DNA from: a virus
Lineage: Duplodnaviria; Caudoviricetes
IMG/VR virus record: IMGVR_UViG_3300006174_000002
Span: 1 to 57,675 of that record
DNA length: 57,675 bases
Direction: 5' to 3' (one strand)
Shown here: positions 35,853 through 44,798 of the stretch, piece after piece
Layout of the letters: every line of letters begins with the position of its first letter
How positions within the stretch are numbered: the stretch's first letter is position 1
The notes under the pieces: generated by a model
What the model saw: only the letters and a program-made list of their open reading frames with translations
What the model was told of the DNA's origin: nothing
Databases searched by the model: none
Program-made: the position numbers and the translations under genes

Positions 35853-36059
35853 ATGAAGACTGCCGACGCGCTGATCGAGGAAACGGAGATTGAACACAAG
35901 GGCAAATCCGTCGACGGAGTGACCCTAACCTGCGGTGACTGCGACGCCGTCGTCGAGACCACCGGTTACGACACCCCAGAGAACCGAGCCGTGCTACAAA
36001 CACGGCTTTGTCATGCCTGCCCAGAGAAGCGGTGTACACGGTTCAAAATCTGTGAATGA
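35853..36059 (+). CDS. small Cys-containing protein
   Basis: CGDC...C..CP. Confidence 0.55.
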   Translation: MKTADALIEETEIEHKGKSVDGVTLTCGDCDAVVETTGYDTPENRAVLQTRLCHACPEKRCTRFKICE

Positions 36060-36493
36060 TGTGGTTCTTCTATGCATTCCTGGCCTCTGTCCTCTGGGGC
36101 ATCGCCTACGTGTTCGGTGGTCGGCTGCTCCAAAGCATCCACGTTCAAACCCTGCTCCTCCTTGAGCTCGGCATCGGCACCCTCACCTTCCTCATCTGGT
36201 CCCTTCACAAACACACCCTCGGAACGGACATCACTACCGTACTGAAGGACGGTACGCTCAGTAAACAGCTCGTCCTCAGCATCGTCTCCTTCAACGTGGC
36301 TAACCTGTTGATAATCCTGTCTGTACGGGAGAAAAACGCAGTGTTGGCCAGCGTCCTCGAAGTGTCATACCCGTTGTTCGTCGTGCTGTTCTCGTGGCTA
36401 TTCTTTCGGGAGAGCCATATGAACTTACGCACGGCCGCCGGCGGGCTGATGATCTTGGCTGGTGTGTTCATCGTTTATTGGAACAATCGTTAG
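36056..36493 (+). CDS. EamA/DMT-family small transporter
   Basis: Five TM helices, LEVSYPLFVVLFSWLFFRE and GGLMILAGV. Confidence 0.85.
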   Translation: MMWFFYAFLASVLWGIAYVFGGRLLQSIHVQTLLLLELGIGTLTFLIWSLHKHTLGTDITTVLKDGTLSKQLVLSIVSFNVANLLIILSVREKNAVLASVLEVSYPLFVVLFSWLFFRESHMNLRTAAGGLMILAGVFIVYWNNR

Positions 36494-36532
36494 TGGTTGC
36501 GCTGGTTGTCTCGGTTGGTAAACTCAAAATGC

Positions 36533-37057
36533 ATGCTCAAATTTATTCTATTACTGTGCGTTCTGATCTTGCCGGCCTCCGTGTCGGGCATGGATCGGCA
36601 GCACAGCCTCTCCCTCGTTGAGTCCGGTGATAACGACCGGTGTATCGGTACGCACCGTGAAATTTCACGCTATCAATTATTACAAACAGAATGGCACCGT
36701 TTCGCTCAGCCGGGTGAAAGCTGGCTAAAGGCCAGTGACGCTTGGCAGGTCACACAGCGCCGCTCCCAGTTCTATCGGGATCTGTTCGTTGCCCGGTACC
36801 ATCGGGAACCGACGGACTTCGAGTTCTACGTACTACATAATGCCCCTGCTTATCTGGTGTACCGGCCGATTGGTACGCGGATTAGTGAGACCGTGATGCA
36901 CAGAGCGTCTCGGTTCGTAAACCTCCTACACAGCGATGACAACCATGTCCAAACTGATGTCGTTAAACTCAATCCCGTACGCGTGGGATTACAGCATTCC
37001 GTGTGGTTCCCTACCGTCTTCTCCCCGCCCTACGGACCCGCCACGGGTGGAAGATGA
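36533..37057 (+). CDS. secreted lysozyme/transglycosylase-like protein
   Basis: Signal peptide, LSLVESG catalytic-Glu motif, RYQL, LHNA. Confidence 0.6.
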   Translation: MLKFILLLCVLILPASVSGMDRQHSLSLVESGDNDRCIGTHREISRYQLLQTEWHRFAQPGESWLKASDAWQVTQRRSQFYRDLFVARYHREPTDFEFYVLHNAPAYLVYRPIGTRISETVMHRASRFVNLLHSDDNHVQTDVVKLNPVRVGLQHSVWFPTVFSPPYGPATGGR

Positions 37058-37283
37058 GTTCCCGGTGTTGGCGAAACATCTGGAGCTGATAGCTAAAAAA
37101 GAGCATCCGTTGATCAAGGCGCTGGACACGACTGACAAGGTCACCACGTACATCTTCCATAAACGTGCTCCGGATGGACGGAATTATGGTAAACGGGTGC
37201 CGCGCTGGGGCAGCACCACGGAGCGGAATGCGCCCTGCCCTTGTGGCTCGGAACGTAAATTCAAGGTTTGCTGCGGTCGGTGA
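36945..37283 (+). CDS. SEC-C motif protein
   Basis: C-terminal RNAPCPCGSERKFKVCCG. Confidence 0.75.
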   Translation: MSKLMSLNSIPYAWDYSIPCGSLPSSPRPTDPPRVEDEFPVLAKHLELIAKKEHPLIKALDTTDKVTTYIFHKRAPDGRNYGKRVPRWGSTTERNAPCPCGSERKFKVCCGR

Positions 37284-37296
37284 TTTGCGATAGGCT
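37268..37296 (+). promoter_or_regulatory. leaderless sigma70-like promoter
   Basis: TTGCTG-17-TAGGCT-6 nt-ATG. Confidence 0.6.
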
Positions 37297-37302
37297 GCTG
37301 GC

Positions 37303-37737
37303 ATGTTCAAAGTCAGCCACGTGTACAACCAGCAGAGCCTGAAAGAGGCACGGGACATTATGGAACGTATCCGGGCCGAAGAACCAAAGTATTGGCCCCA
37401 CGGGCTCAGCGCGGATCACTTCGACGGCGGCTGCTACCTCATTCGGGAAAAGCAATCGTCCGTGCCGGTCGGCTTCACCGGTTTCCAGACCCGCATCGAG
37501 AAGGAAGCTGGCGTCCCAAAACGCGTCGGGTATTACAGTATCGGCATCCTCCCGGAGTACCGCAAATCCGGGTTTGCCAAGCAGGCGGTTAGTCGGCTCC
37601 TTGAAATGAAGGCTGCCACGGTCCATCGGATGAAAGCCATGATCGTCGAAGGGAACGCCCCGTCAATGGCCCTGGCCGAGTCGCTACACGTGCCAGCAGT
37701 CATCAAGCGCGCCTCGGTGTACTTACGGATTGTCTGA
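37303..37737 (+). CDS. GNAT acetyltransferase
   Basis: IGILPEYRKSGFAK acetyl-CoA motif, GNAPSMAL. Confidence 0.8.
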   Translation: MFKVSHVYNQQSLKEARDIMERIRAEEPKYWPHGLSADHFDGGCYLIREKQSSVPVGFTGFQTRIEKEAGVPKRVGYYSIGILPEYRKSGFAKQAVSRLLEMKAATVHRMKAMIVEGNAPSMALAESLHVPAVIKRASVYLRIV

Positions 37738-37759
37738 TTCAAACCTCAACTTCACTTAT

Positions 37760-37784
37760 AGCCGCCCCACTCGGGCGGCTTTTT
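37760..37784 (+). terminator. intrinsic terminator
   Basis: AGCCGCCC-CACTC-GGGCGGC-TTTTT. Confidence 0.8.
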
Positions 37785-37789
37785 CATTT

Positions 37790-38221
37790 ATGGCAATAAT
37801 CAAAGAACCACAATCACTGGCCTGTCAGCCCGACTCGGAAGAAGGTTTGGTATTCTTCACGCACTTCGACTGCTGGAACACCACCAGTAACCCGGACGAA
37901 AGCAATAACGACAACTGGTGGGCTTGGGACGACGGCGCGGCGGTCAATCAGGTGTGGTTGCTGATGCGCGACGCGTGGGCACTGACCGACGATGAGGAGT
38001 ACATGATGTTTGCCCCGCAGTATCTGGCAATGGGGCAAGTGCCGTGGTTTGCGGAGTTGGAAAAGATGTTCATTGCATCGGGATATCATGTGTACAACTC
38101 GGATACTTTTTTCGAGGTGTACGACCCGAAAGTGGCGGATGTGGATGATGAGGCGCAAGAGACGCATGAAGTTGATTGCGATTGTCATAATTGCAGAGTG
38201 ATGGAAAAGGCCGACAAATGA
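37790..38221 (+). CDS. acidic hypothetical protein
   Basis: ATG directly after the terminator. Confidence 0.65.
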   Translation: MAIIKEPQSLACQPDSEEGLVFFTHFDCWNTTSNPDESNNDNWWAWDDGAAVNQVWLLMRDAWALTDDEEYMMFAPQYLAMGQVPWFAELEKMFIASGYHVYNSDTFFEVYDPKVADVDDEAQETHEVDCDCHNCRVMEKADK

Positions 38222-38535
38222 TCTCAAAATCTGAATTAATGCGGTGGCTGAAGACCCTGACAGATACACCATTTGTAGCCATCGACGAAGGTGGGCTGCA
38301 GTTGCATGGTGTTGGACAGAACGAGGAGCCTACTGGGGCATACCTAGAAATTGGTGGTTTCCCGGATGAGTCTGTTGAGTGCACCACCTGCACGGCGCGG
38401 GTGCATCGCGACGACCCGTACTTTGCCACGCCGTGCGGCACCTACTGCTCGGATTGCATGCGCGCTGAACACGCCAAGACCTGTGACATCTGTGCCCATG
38501 AGTTTAACCTGCGTAAGACTGAAGCATGTACGTGA
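38218..38535 (+). CDS. Zn-finger hypothetical protein
   Basis: CTTC, CGTYCSDC, CDIC. Confidence 0.6.
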   Translation: MISKSELMRWLKTLTDTPFVAIDEGGLQLHGVGQNEEPTGAYLEIGGFPDESVECTTCTARVHRDDPYFATPCGTYCSDCMRAEHAKTCDICAHEFNLRKTEACT

Positions 38536-38720
38536 TCCAAAATACGGACACTGATGCACTGCTAGGTGTCGATCCTGGGCATCGAGGTTACACCTACACA
38601 CACGACGTGCGTAAGGCGAAGATATTCTCTACGTCGGAGCAGGCACGTAATTACGGTATCTGCACTAACGAACGGGTCGTCTCGGTACAGGAATTACTAC
38701 ATACTGAATATGCAAGCTGA
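38526..38720 (+). CDS. hypothetical protein
   Basis: Small overlapping ORF. Confidence 0.55.
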   Translation: MYVIQNTDTDALLGVDPGHRGYTYTHDVRKAKIFSTSEQARNYGICTNERVVSVQELLHTEYAS

Positions 38721-39375
38721 ATTCGTTCCCTTCACGGAAGATTTCGATTACGACAAAGAGTTTTATGATGTCCAGTTCCCATCCGGGGAGCTCGTCATGC
38801 ACTGCTGGCCCAACGCCGGCAAGATGAACGGCACCGGCGACATCCAGGGTAGCTGGGGTCCGAACGACAACATCAAGGTTCGGCTGTCTGACATTGAGGT
38901 CGATGGCCACCCGCGACAGAAGGTGGTGGTACTCGGCACCGGGCACCAGGATCAGCAGTTTCGTGAGTCCATAATCAAAGCGGTACACGAAGCAGGCAAG
39001 CCACAGCCGCTTATCGTGGTCGACACGGACAAGCGGGAGATCAGGCGGAGCGACACGGTGTTGGTCGTGGATGACGAGCCTGACTTGTCGGTCATAGAAC
39101 GTACTGCTCGCTACGGAGACAGATACCACAGTGGCGGTAAGTCTAATATGGTGGCGTCCATGCTTGCGGCAGCCAGTGTTTTAGGTGGTGGTTGGCCCTT
39201 GCCATTCGGACGCCGGGCTCCCGATTATCATACCCCTCGACATCTGTTAACGCCTGAATTAGAAAGTGCCAATGCGAAAATCGCTAAGGCTTCGGAAAAT
39301 GCTGGATCAATTCGTTATGCCAAATCTCAAGAAAAGGCCGCGCGTAAAGCGGCTCGAAAAAGCCAAGCCCGTTAA
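38710..39375 (+). CDS. hypothetical protein
   Basis: CWPNAGKM motif. Confidence 0.65.
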   Translation: MQAEFVPFTEDFDYDKEFYDVQFPSGELVMHCWPNAGKMNGTGDIQGSWGPNDNIKVRLSDIEVDGHPRQKVVVLGTGHQDQQFRESIIKAVHEAGKPQPLIVVDTDKREIRRSDTVLVVDDEPDLSVIERTARYGDRYHSGGKSNMVASMLAAASVLGGGWPLPFGRRAPDYHTPRHLLTPELESANAKIAKASENAGSIRYAKSQEKAARKAARKSQAR

Positions 39376-39640
39376 GGGTTGGAGTTACTCGCCGTATCGT
39401 GCCATGTTGCGTTTTAATGGCAAGAACTTCGCCATTGTTACGCCTGACGGTCGGAATGCCCTGTCTGAAGGTGATGCTGAAATACTCGTCGATAATCTGA
39501 ACAGCGGTAGCCGTTTGAAAGCTGCTGTTGAATGGGCACTCGGTATGCGTGGTAGTTTTAAGCCCAGGGAAGAAGGTCAACCTCCATACTGGTGGCGCAC
39601 TGAGTTGCGTTGTCGTTGTCTGAACCATGTCGAAGACTAA
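39317..39640 (+). CDS. hypothetical protein
   Basis: YWWRTELR motif. Confidence 0.55.
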   Translation: MPNLKKRPRVKRLEKAKPVKGWSYSPYRAMLRFNGKNFAIVTPDGRNALSEGDAEILVDNLNSGSRLKAAVEWALGMRGSFKPREEGQPPYWWRTELRCRCLNHVED

Positions 39641-40019
39641 ATACACCGCGATATTGGATGAGCACGAGGACTCCTGCAATCTTGACTGCGGTTGCAGGAT
39701 GTACCGCCCGTTTCTGGACAGCGGCGAGCCGGCTGTAGTGGCCATCAAGTTCTGCCCGGCGCATGACGCGGTTGGCAAAGCCAAACCGAAGTTTGATCTG
39801 GAAGACCTCGCGTTACGCTTGGCCCTGGACACATATCTTGCCACGTGGTCGGGCAAGAATCCTGACACGTTGTGGAATAAATTGCAGGAGGGCAAATTAC
39901 CAAAAGGCGTGGTGATCTGGGCGCCGTTTGAAAACAAGTGTGTCTCGGAACTGGCCGAAGACATTGATTCTCTGGCCTATCACGTTCGTACGCTGCTTGA
40001 AAAAGTAACAGTATCATGA
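39627..40019 (+). CDS. hypothetical protein
   Basis: Coupled ORF. Confidence 0.6.
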   Translation: MSKTKYTAILDEHEDSCNLDCGCRMYRPFLDSGEPAVVAIKFCPAHDAVGKAKPKFDLEDLALRLALDTYLATWSGKNPDTLWNKLQEGKLPKGVVIWAPFENKCVSELAEDIDSLAYHVRTLLEKVTVS

Positions 40020-40258
40020 TAAAACAAAAGTTTATCGTGGAGATGAAGTTCTTGTCAGGTTGGGCCGATGCGGAGTGGATGGAGACTGACGACGACGGTG
40101 TGGAGCGACCTCTGTTGTTCAACACCAAGGCGGAAGCACATGATGAGATTACTGACCATGTTCAGGAAACTAAGCGTGCGGCCAAATCAGGTTTCATGGC
40201 TGACAGCTACAAGGTGTCTGACTTCCGAGTCGTGCCTTACGTACCGAAAACCAAATGA
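40016..40258 (+). CDS. hypothetical protein
   Basis: Coupled ORF. Confidence 0.6.
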   Translation: MIKQKFIVEMKFLSGWADAEWMETDDDGVERPLLFNTKAEAHDEITDHVQETKRAAKSGFMADSYKVSDFRVVPYVPKTK

Positions 40259-40644
40259 GATTACTTACACGAAAATCCGAGGGTGTGGTGTTGGAAGGCG
40301 GCGATCCGCTGCAGACGACGGAGAAACATTACGCTTCCACGACGCTGTCCGAACTGGACTTAGCACGACTGCGTCACGCTGAGTTCTACTCCGTCATGGA
40401 TCGCCGGCCGGATGCGGATGGCAAAGGTGGGCGTGAATATCAAGGAGGGGAAGTCTGGAAGTTGGATCTTGGCGCAGAGCTAAATCATCTGTTGTATCTG
40501 GCAGACGAATTGGCCCGAACGGCTACGTCTATCTACAACGATGACTTGTTGAATGGTGATATGGCTAAGGTGCTGCGGTCAGTTGTGGATCGCGTGGTTG
40601 AGTTTGAAGAACTGGACTGGGACCAAACAACATATGCAATTTAG
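40255..40644 (+). CDS. hypothetical protein
   Basis: Coupled ORF. Confidence 0.6.
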   Translation: MRLLTRKSEGVVLEGGDPLQTTEKHYASTTLSELDLARLRHAEFYSVMDRRPDADGKGGREYQGGEVWKLDLGAELNHLLYLADELARTATSIYNDDLLNGDMAKVLRSVVDRVVEFEELDWDQTTYAI

Positions 40645-40972
40645 CCAATTAACCGATACGCAGCAGAACGAGGTGCTGGAGATGGCATACTTTGTTGTGC
40701 AGTGTCCAGAGTTGCTCAAGAAGTTCGGTGAGTACGCAGATATTAGTGACGAGCACCTGAACGACTTGGCCGTGGCGGTACGGCGTCAGGTGAATGGACT
40801 AAACGCCGAGGTCGTTCCGGAAACGGCCACAGAGCTTTTGGCTGGAGGATTCAGATTCAAGGTGCTGGTCGACGGCGTGTTTTCGTCGCGGTTCAAGACA
40901 AAGCGTCGCGCCCAGGACTATGCTAAATTCCTAATGGGTGACCGCACACGCGTGGTCAAAGCGGGAGACTAA
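40634..40972 (+). CDS. hypothetical protein
   Basis: Overlapping ORF. Confidence 0.6.
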   Translation: MQFSQLTDTQQNEVLEMAYFVVQCPELLKKFGEYADISDEHLNDLAVAVRRQVNGLNAEVVPETATELLAGGFRFKVLVDGVFSSRFKTKRRAQDYAKFLMGDRTRVVKAGD

Positions 40973-40975
40973 ATT

Positions 40976-41350
40976 ATGAGCATGCAAACTTACGCAGCAT
41001 CAGACTGGCTGGTGTCACTCACGCAACTGAAAGCAGCCTTGCACAAACGGGTTAATGACCAGGGTGCGATAACCCTCTTATCCAGACTTGAAGATCCAGA
41101 CCTGGATATTACCGAGAGTCTCGACGACATTGAAACTTGGGTGAATGACTGGCTGGTGTCAAAGGGCATGCCTTTAACTGACAGGCCGTTTATCTCGACT
41201 GACACGGAAGCCCCGGAGTTAGAGGAAGGCGAGTTGTACTTCAGTTTCGGCTTTGCTGATTTGTTTACAAAGACCGAGACGGCCGAGCACAAGGCACTGC
41301 TGGCAGCGTCGATCGTTCCGGAGTTCAATCGCTGGACCATCTGGGGCTAA
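40976..41350 (+). CDS. hypothetical protein
   Basis: 124-aa ORF. Confidence 0.65.
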   Translation: MSMQTYAASDWLVSLTQLKAALHKRVNDQGAITLLSRLEDPDLDITESLDDIETWVNDWLVSKGMPLTDRPFISTDTEAPELEEGELYFSFGFADLFTKTETAEHKALLAASIVPEFNRWTIWG

Positions 41351-41586
41351 TGCACATTCGCTATCCCACGTTCATGCCAGGCATGTTCGTACGGATGAAC
41401 CCGCGCCTGAATCCCACACGCAGGGACCGCAACGGCAAGGACGGGTTCGTCCATAAGGATCTGGGCCAGGATGTGGTCCTATCGTTCGGCGCGGATCGGT
41501 TCATGAATCATCAAGGCATTCCGGCGTCATTGCCGGAATGCTGGGCCAAATCAGACACACAATTGGAATCACTCGGTTTTGTTTAA
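41350..41586 (+). CDS. hypothetical protein
   Basis: TAATG-coupled. Confidence 0.55.
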   Translation: MHIRYPTFMPGMFVRMNPRLNPTRRDRNGKDGFVHKDLGQDVVLSFGADRFMNHQGIPASLPECWAKSDTQLESLGFV

Positions 41587-41589
41587 ACT

Positions 41590-41976
41590 ATGACTGCATC
41601 CTCCTGTCAATTCGCTGAGCTCAAAAATCCGTTCCTCCTCCAGCCCCGGCACAAGTGGTTCTCGGCCGAGTCGCCCGAAGCCGAAGATTGGTTCGGGCCC
41701 CACGACTCCATCGGTGAGGCCGCCGACGAGTGTGCGGAAAGCATCGTCGGTAGTCTGGATCCACGTGCCTCGTTCGTCGGGGTGTTCGTGACACAAGGGC
41801 GTAAGGTGACGAAGCTGGAGCGTAAGGAATGGGGTGCTGAACATGAGTATCAGGTGGTACCGGAACTGGCGTTCCGGGTTAGTGTGAAGCGAGCCTTGAT
41901 TGCGCCGCTCTATTCCTGCACGGTGTCAACTGCGGCGCTCGACGCCCAAATTCCAAAACTCAATGCGGTGCCCTGA
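41590..41976 (+). CDS. hypothetical protein
   Basis: 128-aa ORF. Confidence 0.6.
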   Translation: MTASSCQFAELKNPFLLQPRHKWFSAESPEAEDWFGPHDSIGEAADECAESIVGSLDPRASFVGVFVTQGRKVTKLERKEWGAEHEYQVVPELAFRVSVKRALIAPLYSCTVSTAALDAQIPKLNAVP

Positions 41977-42187
41977 GTGTTCAACCACAGACGTACGACT
42001 TGAGTCTTTCAAAGGTTATCCAGGCTACATCTGTCGAAACGGTCATTGGAGCTACATTGCGTCCATGAAGAAAGACGAGATAATCCCACCACGCCAGATG
42101 TGGGGCTGCGGCCATTGTTCCCGGACGTTCACGTCATTTATTGCCGCAGACACCTGCTGTAACCCGAAACCTATGAATCCCCCATGA
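41963..42187 (+). CDS. small Zn-finger protein
   Basis: CPEC, CRNGH, CGHC..CC. Confidence 0.55.
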   Translation: MRCPECSTTDVRLESFKGYPGYICRNGHWSYIASMKKDEIIPPRQMWGCGHCSRTFTSFIAADTCCNPKPMNPP

Positions 42188-42360
42188 AAACTGAAAAACA
42201 CGATTGCGGACGTCACGCCTGCAATCTGCACAACCCCTACAACCCGGACACAGGGCCTGCTAGCATCTTCTGGCTGGTCATGGCTTTCCTGTTGATCATC
42301 GGTATGGTAGTGCTGCTGATCGGCTCGGCGCTGTGGCTGGCCCTGGAACGCGGAGCCTGA
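42184..42360 (+). CDS. small membrane protein (not in ORF track)
   Basis: ATGA overlap, IFWLVMAFLLIIGMVVLLIG helix. Confidence 0.55.
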   Translation: MKTEKHDCGRHACNLHNPYNPDTGPASIFWLVMAFLLIIGMVVLLIGSALWLALERGA

Positions 42361-42361
42361 C

Positions 42362-42613
42362 ATGCGCTACATATTTGTAAGGCTGGAGATTCGAGTCGTG
42401 GAGCGCGAATTCTTTAGTGATTGTCTACACCCCGTCAGTAGCCCTGTGTCCAAGGAGGAGTTTGCTGACGAGTGTGCCCGAACCTTCTACGGTGGCTCCC
42501 ATGACCCGGCGGACGGCGGGTACTACTTCGACGGCGGGGAGGTGCACGTCTCGGTGCATCGTGTCGACGAAGTGACCGAGGCGGACGCCGCGGTACTGTC
42601 TCGGTACATCTGA
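42362..42613 (+). CDS. hypothetical protein
   Basis: YYFDGGE motif. Confidence 0.6.
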   Translation: MRYIFVRLEIRVVEREFFSDCLHPVSSPVSKEEFADECARTFYGGSHDPADGGYYFDGGEVHVSVHRVDEVTEADAAVLSRYI

Positions 42614-42657
42614 ACGGAAAGCGTTTGACATCGTACAAACATGTGCGATGTTATGCC

Positions 42658-43017
42658 ATGAATGAATTCCTGATACTTCGCGCTGTGCAAGACGGATTTC
42701 ATTCGCTAACTCAACAACTAAACATTCAGCATCAAAAAGTTATGACCGCCCTCGATCACCTCAATTCATCCATTGCCAACCTCAACGCCGAACTGGCCGT
42801 TGTGGAGACCGCTGTGCCGGCCCTCCGTACACAGATCACCGCCCTCCAGGCCCAACTCGCCGCGGCGTCAACCCCGACCGGTGTTGACCCGACAGCCATC
42901 GACGCCATCGCCACCGCGCTGGACGCCCAAGTCACCACCCTCGAAACGCTGGTGCCGCCGTCGGCCCCTGTCGTCGCGCCGGCCGCCACGGTGACCGCCA
43001 CCACTCCTGCGGCCTAA
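42658..43017 (+). CDS. Ala/Thr-rich coiled-coil protein
   Basis: Has its own TTGACA promoter and terminator, strong codon bias. Confidence 0.7.
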   Translation: MNEFLILRAVQDGFHSLTQQLNIQHQKVMTALDHLNSSIANLNAELAVVETAVPALRTQITALQAQLAAASTPTGVDPTAIDAIATALDAQVTTLETLVPPSAPVVAPAATVTATTPAA

Positions 43018-43029
43018 GCCGGCTTACGG

Positions 43030-43065
43030 GTAGCAATCAACCTCCGAGTAGCAATCAACCTCCGA
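43030..43065 (+). repeat. 18-bp tandem duplication GTAGCAATCAACCTCCGA x2
   Basis: Read directly from the sequence. Confidence 0.85.
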
Positions 43066-43091
43066 GACGCGCAATCGTCTCGGAGGTTTTT
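43057..43091 (+). terminator. intrinsic terminator
   Basis: AACCTCCGAGACG-CGCAAT-CGTCTCGGAGGTT-TTT. Confidence 0.85.
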
Positions 43092-43093
43092 GC

Positions 43094-43122
43094 TTGTTCC
43101 GCGGCAGGTGTGAATCTATGCT
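43094..43122 (+). promoter_or_regulatory. near-leaderless sigma70-like promoter
   Basis: TTGTTC-17-TATGCT-9 nt-ATG. Confidence 0.55.
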
Positions 43123-43131
43123 TCCTGAGTC

Positions 43132-44796
43132 ATGACATCCCGTATCTCGCATGCTCTGGACATACCTTTCAGCCGACTCGCTGCATTTGGCGCCGGCGGA
43201 TTAGGTCTCAGCTTGTTAGAAAACAAGTATGTGGGTAATAATTTGCCGCCGGAACTGAAGACCGTCAATAGCGGTATTGGCCTCGGCACTGGTATCATGT
43301 TGGCCTCTCGGGACCCAGCCATGCAGACTGCAGCCTTGGGATCCATTCCGTTGAAAGAAACAGCCCTCTTCGCAGTTGGAGGTATGGACCGCTTTCGCCG
43401 ACAACAGCAAGCGTTGACCGATACGAACCTGCAGACGGCCAAGACCAATCTCGCGACCGCGACGACCGAGGGGCACCAAGCCGCTGGCAAGCGCCTCACC
43501 GAGTTGGCCTTCCTCATCCCGGCAATGGCCGCCGGCGGTGCGCTCGGCTACGGTGCGTACGACCAGTGGAAGAAGCGCCATCACAAACCGTCCAAATTTC
43601 AGACACTCGGTACCAGCGGCGTCCGCTCGCCCAGTCAGCGTGTCCGTATCGATTTACCCCCATCTGCCCTACCGGCTTCGTTCTACAAGGCCCTGGGTGG
43701 CGCCGAGGTGAGTCCGAAGGGCTTCGCGCAGCTGCAGTCCAAGAACGCGTCGACCTACCTCGCCGTGAAGAAAGCGACCGCCGGCTGGTCATCCAATTTC
43801 CAATCTGCCCACCCGTCGTTGCGCCTGTTGAACGGCGAGCAGCAACAGGATCAGCATCCGATGCTTAACCTGGCCAAGGATATGGTCTGGCAGTCATCCG
43901 GCATCCCGGCGCTACACAATGCTTGGCGAGACGCCGGTAGTGCGGCTAGCAGCCTCCAGGATGACAATTACGATCAAGCGAAGCGGTACGGCGTGGCTGG
44001 TGTCGGTAACGCAGCCTTGGGCGCTTTGGCGCTCCGCTTCGGCGGTGCCAACGTACTAGCCAAACTTTTCGGTCGGGCACGTCTGAGCGGTGTCATTCGG
44101 AACTCCATGGCGGGCACGAGCAAGCAGCTATCGGAGATGCCTACGTTTGCGCGTATTTTGAACAAGTGGGGTTTGGGTCATGAGATGGGACCGATGCACT
44201 TGAGTCCGCAGGCACCGAACGCGGTGGGCTTGGCTCGCGCTGAGGATGGCTACATTTCTGGAGCTAATCGGTTTGCACATCGTTCCGCGATTGCTGCAGC
44301 AAATCCGGAATCGATCAATTCCAAGACTTTCAACCGTGACCCGCTGCGTCGGGCACTGGACATGTCCGGGCGCTACGACCCGCAGAAGTACGACTATGCG
44401 CGGCCGACGTCCACGAATCCCCTTTTCCGCAAATTTCTGTCTGCCGGTAATCCGGCGGACGGTCCGCGCACTCTGCCTGGTCATTTGCTGGCCTTGCCGC
44501 AGTACGGTGCGAATCGGCTGTTCAACGCCGGCTACGCTGCCAAGCAGTTCGTCAAACGCCATCCTGTGGCGGTCGGCTGGACTGCGCTCCCTGCTGTTGG
44601 CGGTATTGGCACGGTGGCAGACGACATGCAGCATGACCAGGACGCGTCCAAGCCGCGTCCGTGGGTGCCAGACCTGTCATCCCCGCCGCCTGCGTCCACG
44701 AACTATATGCCGGCGTCATCCATTGCGGGCAATCTTCTCGGAGCGTTCGGTAGCGGCAGTCCAATGTCGCCGTTACAGAATCAATTCGTTCACTGA
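43132..44796 (+). CDS. Gly/Ala-rich putative virion protein
   Basis: Several Gly-rich hydrophobic helices, KNAS and KKAT motifs. Confidence 0.7.
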   Translation: MTSRISHALDIPFSRLAAFGAGGLGLSLLENKYVGNNLPPELKTVNSGIGLGTGIMLASRDPAMQTAALGSIPLKETALFAVGGMDRFRRQQQALTDTNLQTAKTNLATATTEGHQAAGKRLTELAFLIPAMAAGGALGYGAYDQWKKRHHKPSKFQTLGTSGVRSPSQRVRIDLPPSALPASFYKALGGAEVSPKGFAQLQSKNASTYLAVKKATAGWSSNFQSAHPSLRLLNGEQQQDQHPMLNLAKDMVWQSSGIPALHNAWRDAGSAASSLQDDNYDQAKRYGVAGVGNAALGALALRFGGANVLAKLFGRARLSGVIRNSMAGTSKQLSEMPTFARILNKWGLGHEMGPMHLSPQAPNAVGLARAEDGYISGANRFAHRSAIAAANPESINSKTFNRDPLRRALDMSGRYDPQKYDYARPTSTNPLFRKFLSAGNPADGPRTLPGHLLALPQYGANRLFNAGYAAKQFVKRHPVAVGWTALPAVGGIGTVADDMQHDQDASKPRPWVPDLSSPPPASTNYMPASSIAGNLLGAFGSGSPMSPLQNQFVH

Positions 44797-44798
44797 CT

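Noticed and set aside
43030-43065. Possible mini-CRISPR array
   Set aside because: Only two adjacent 18-bp copies with no spacer and no cas genes.
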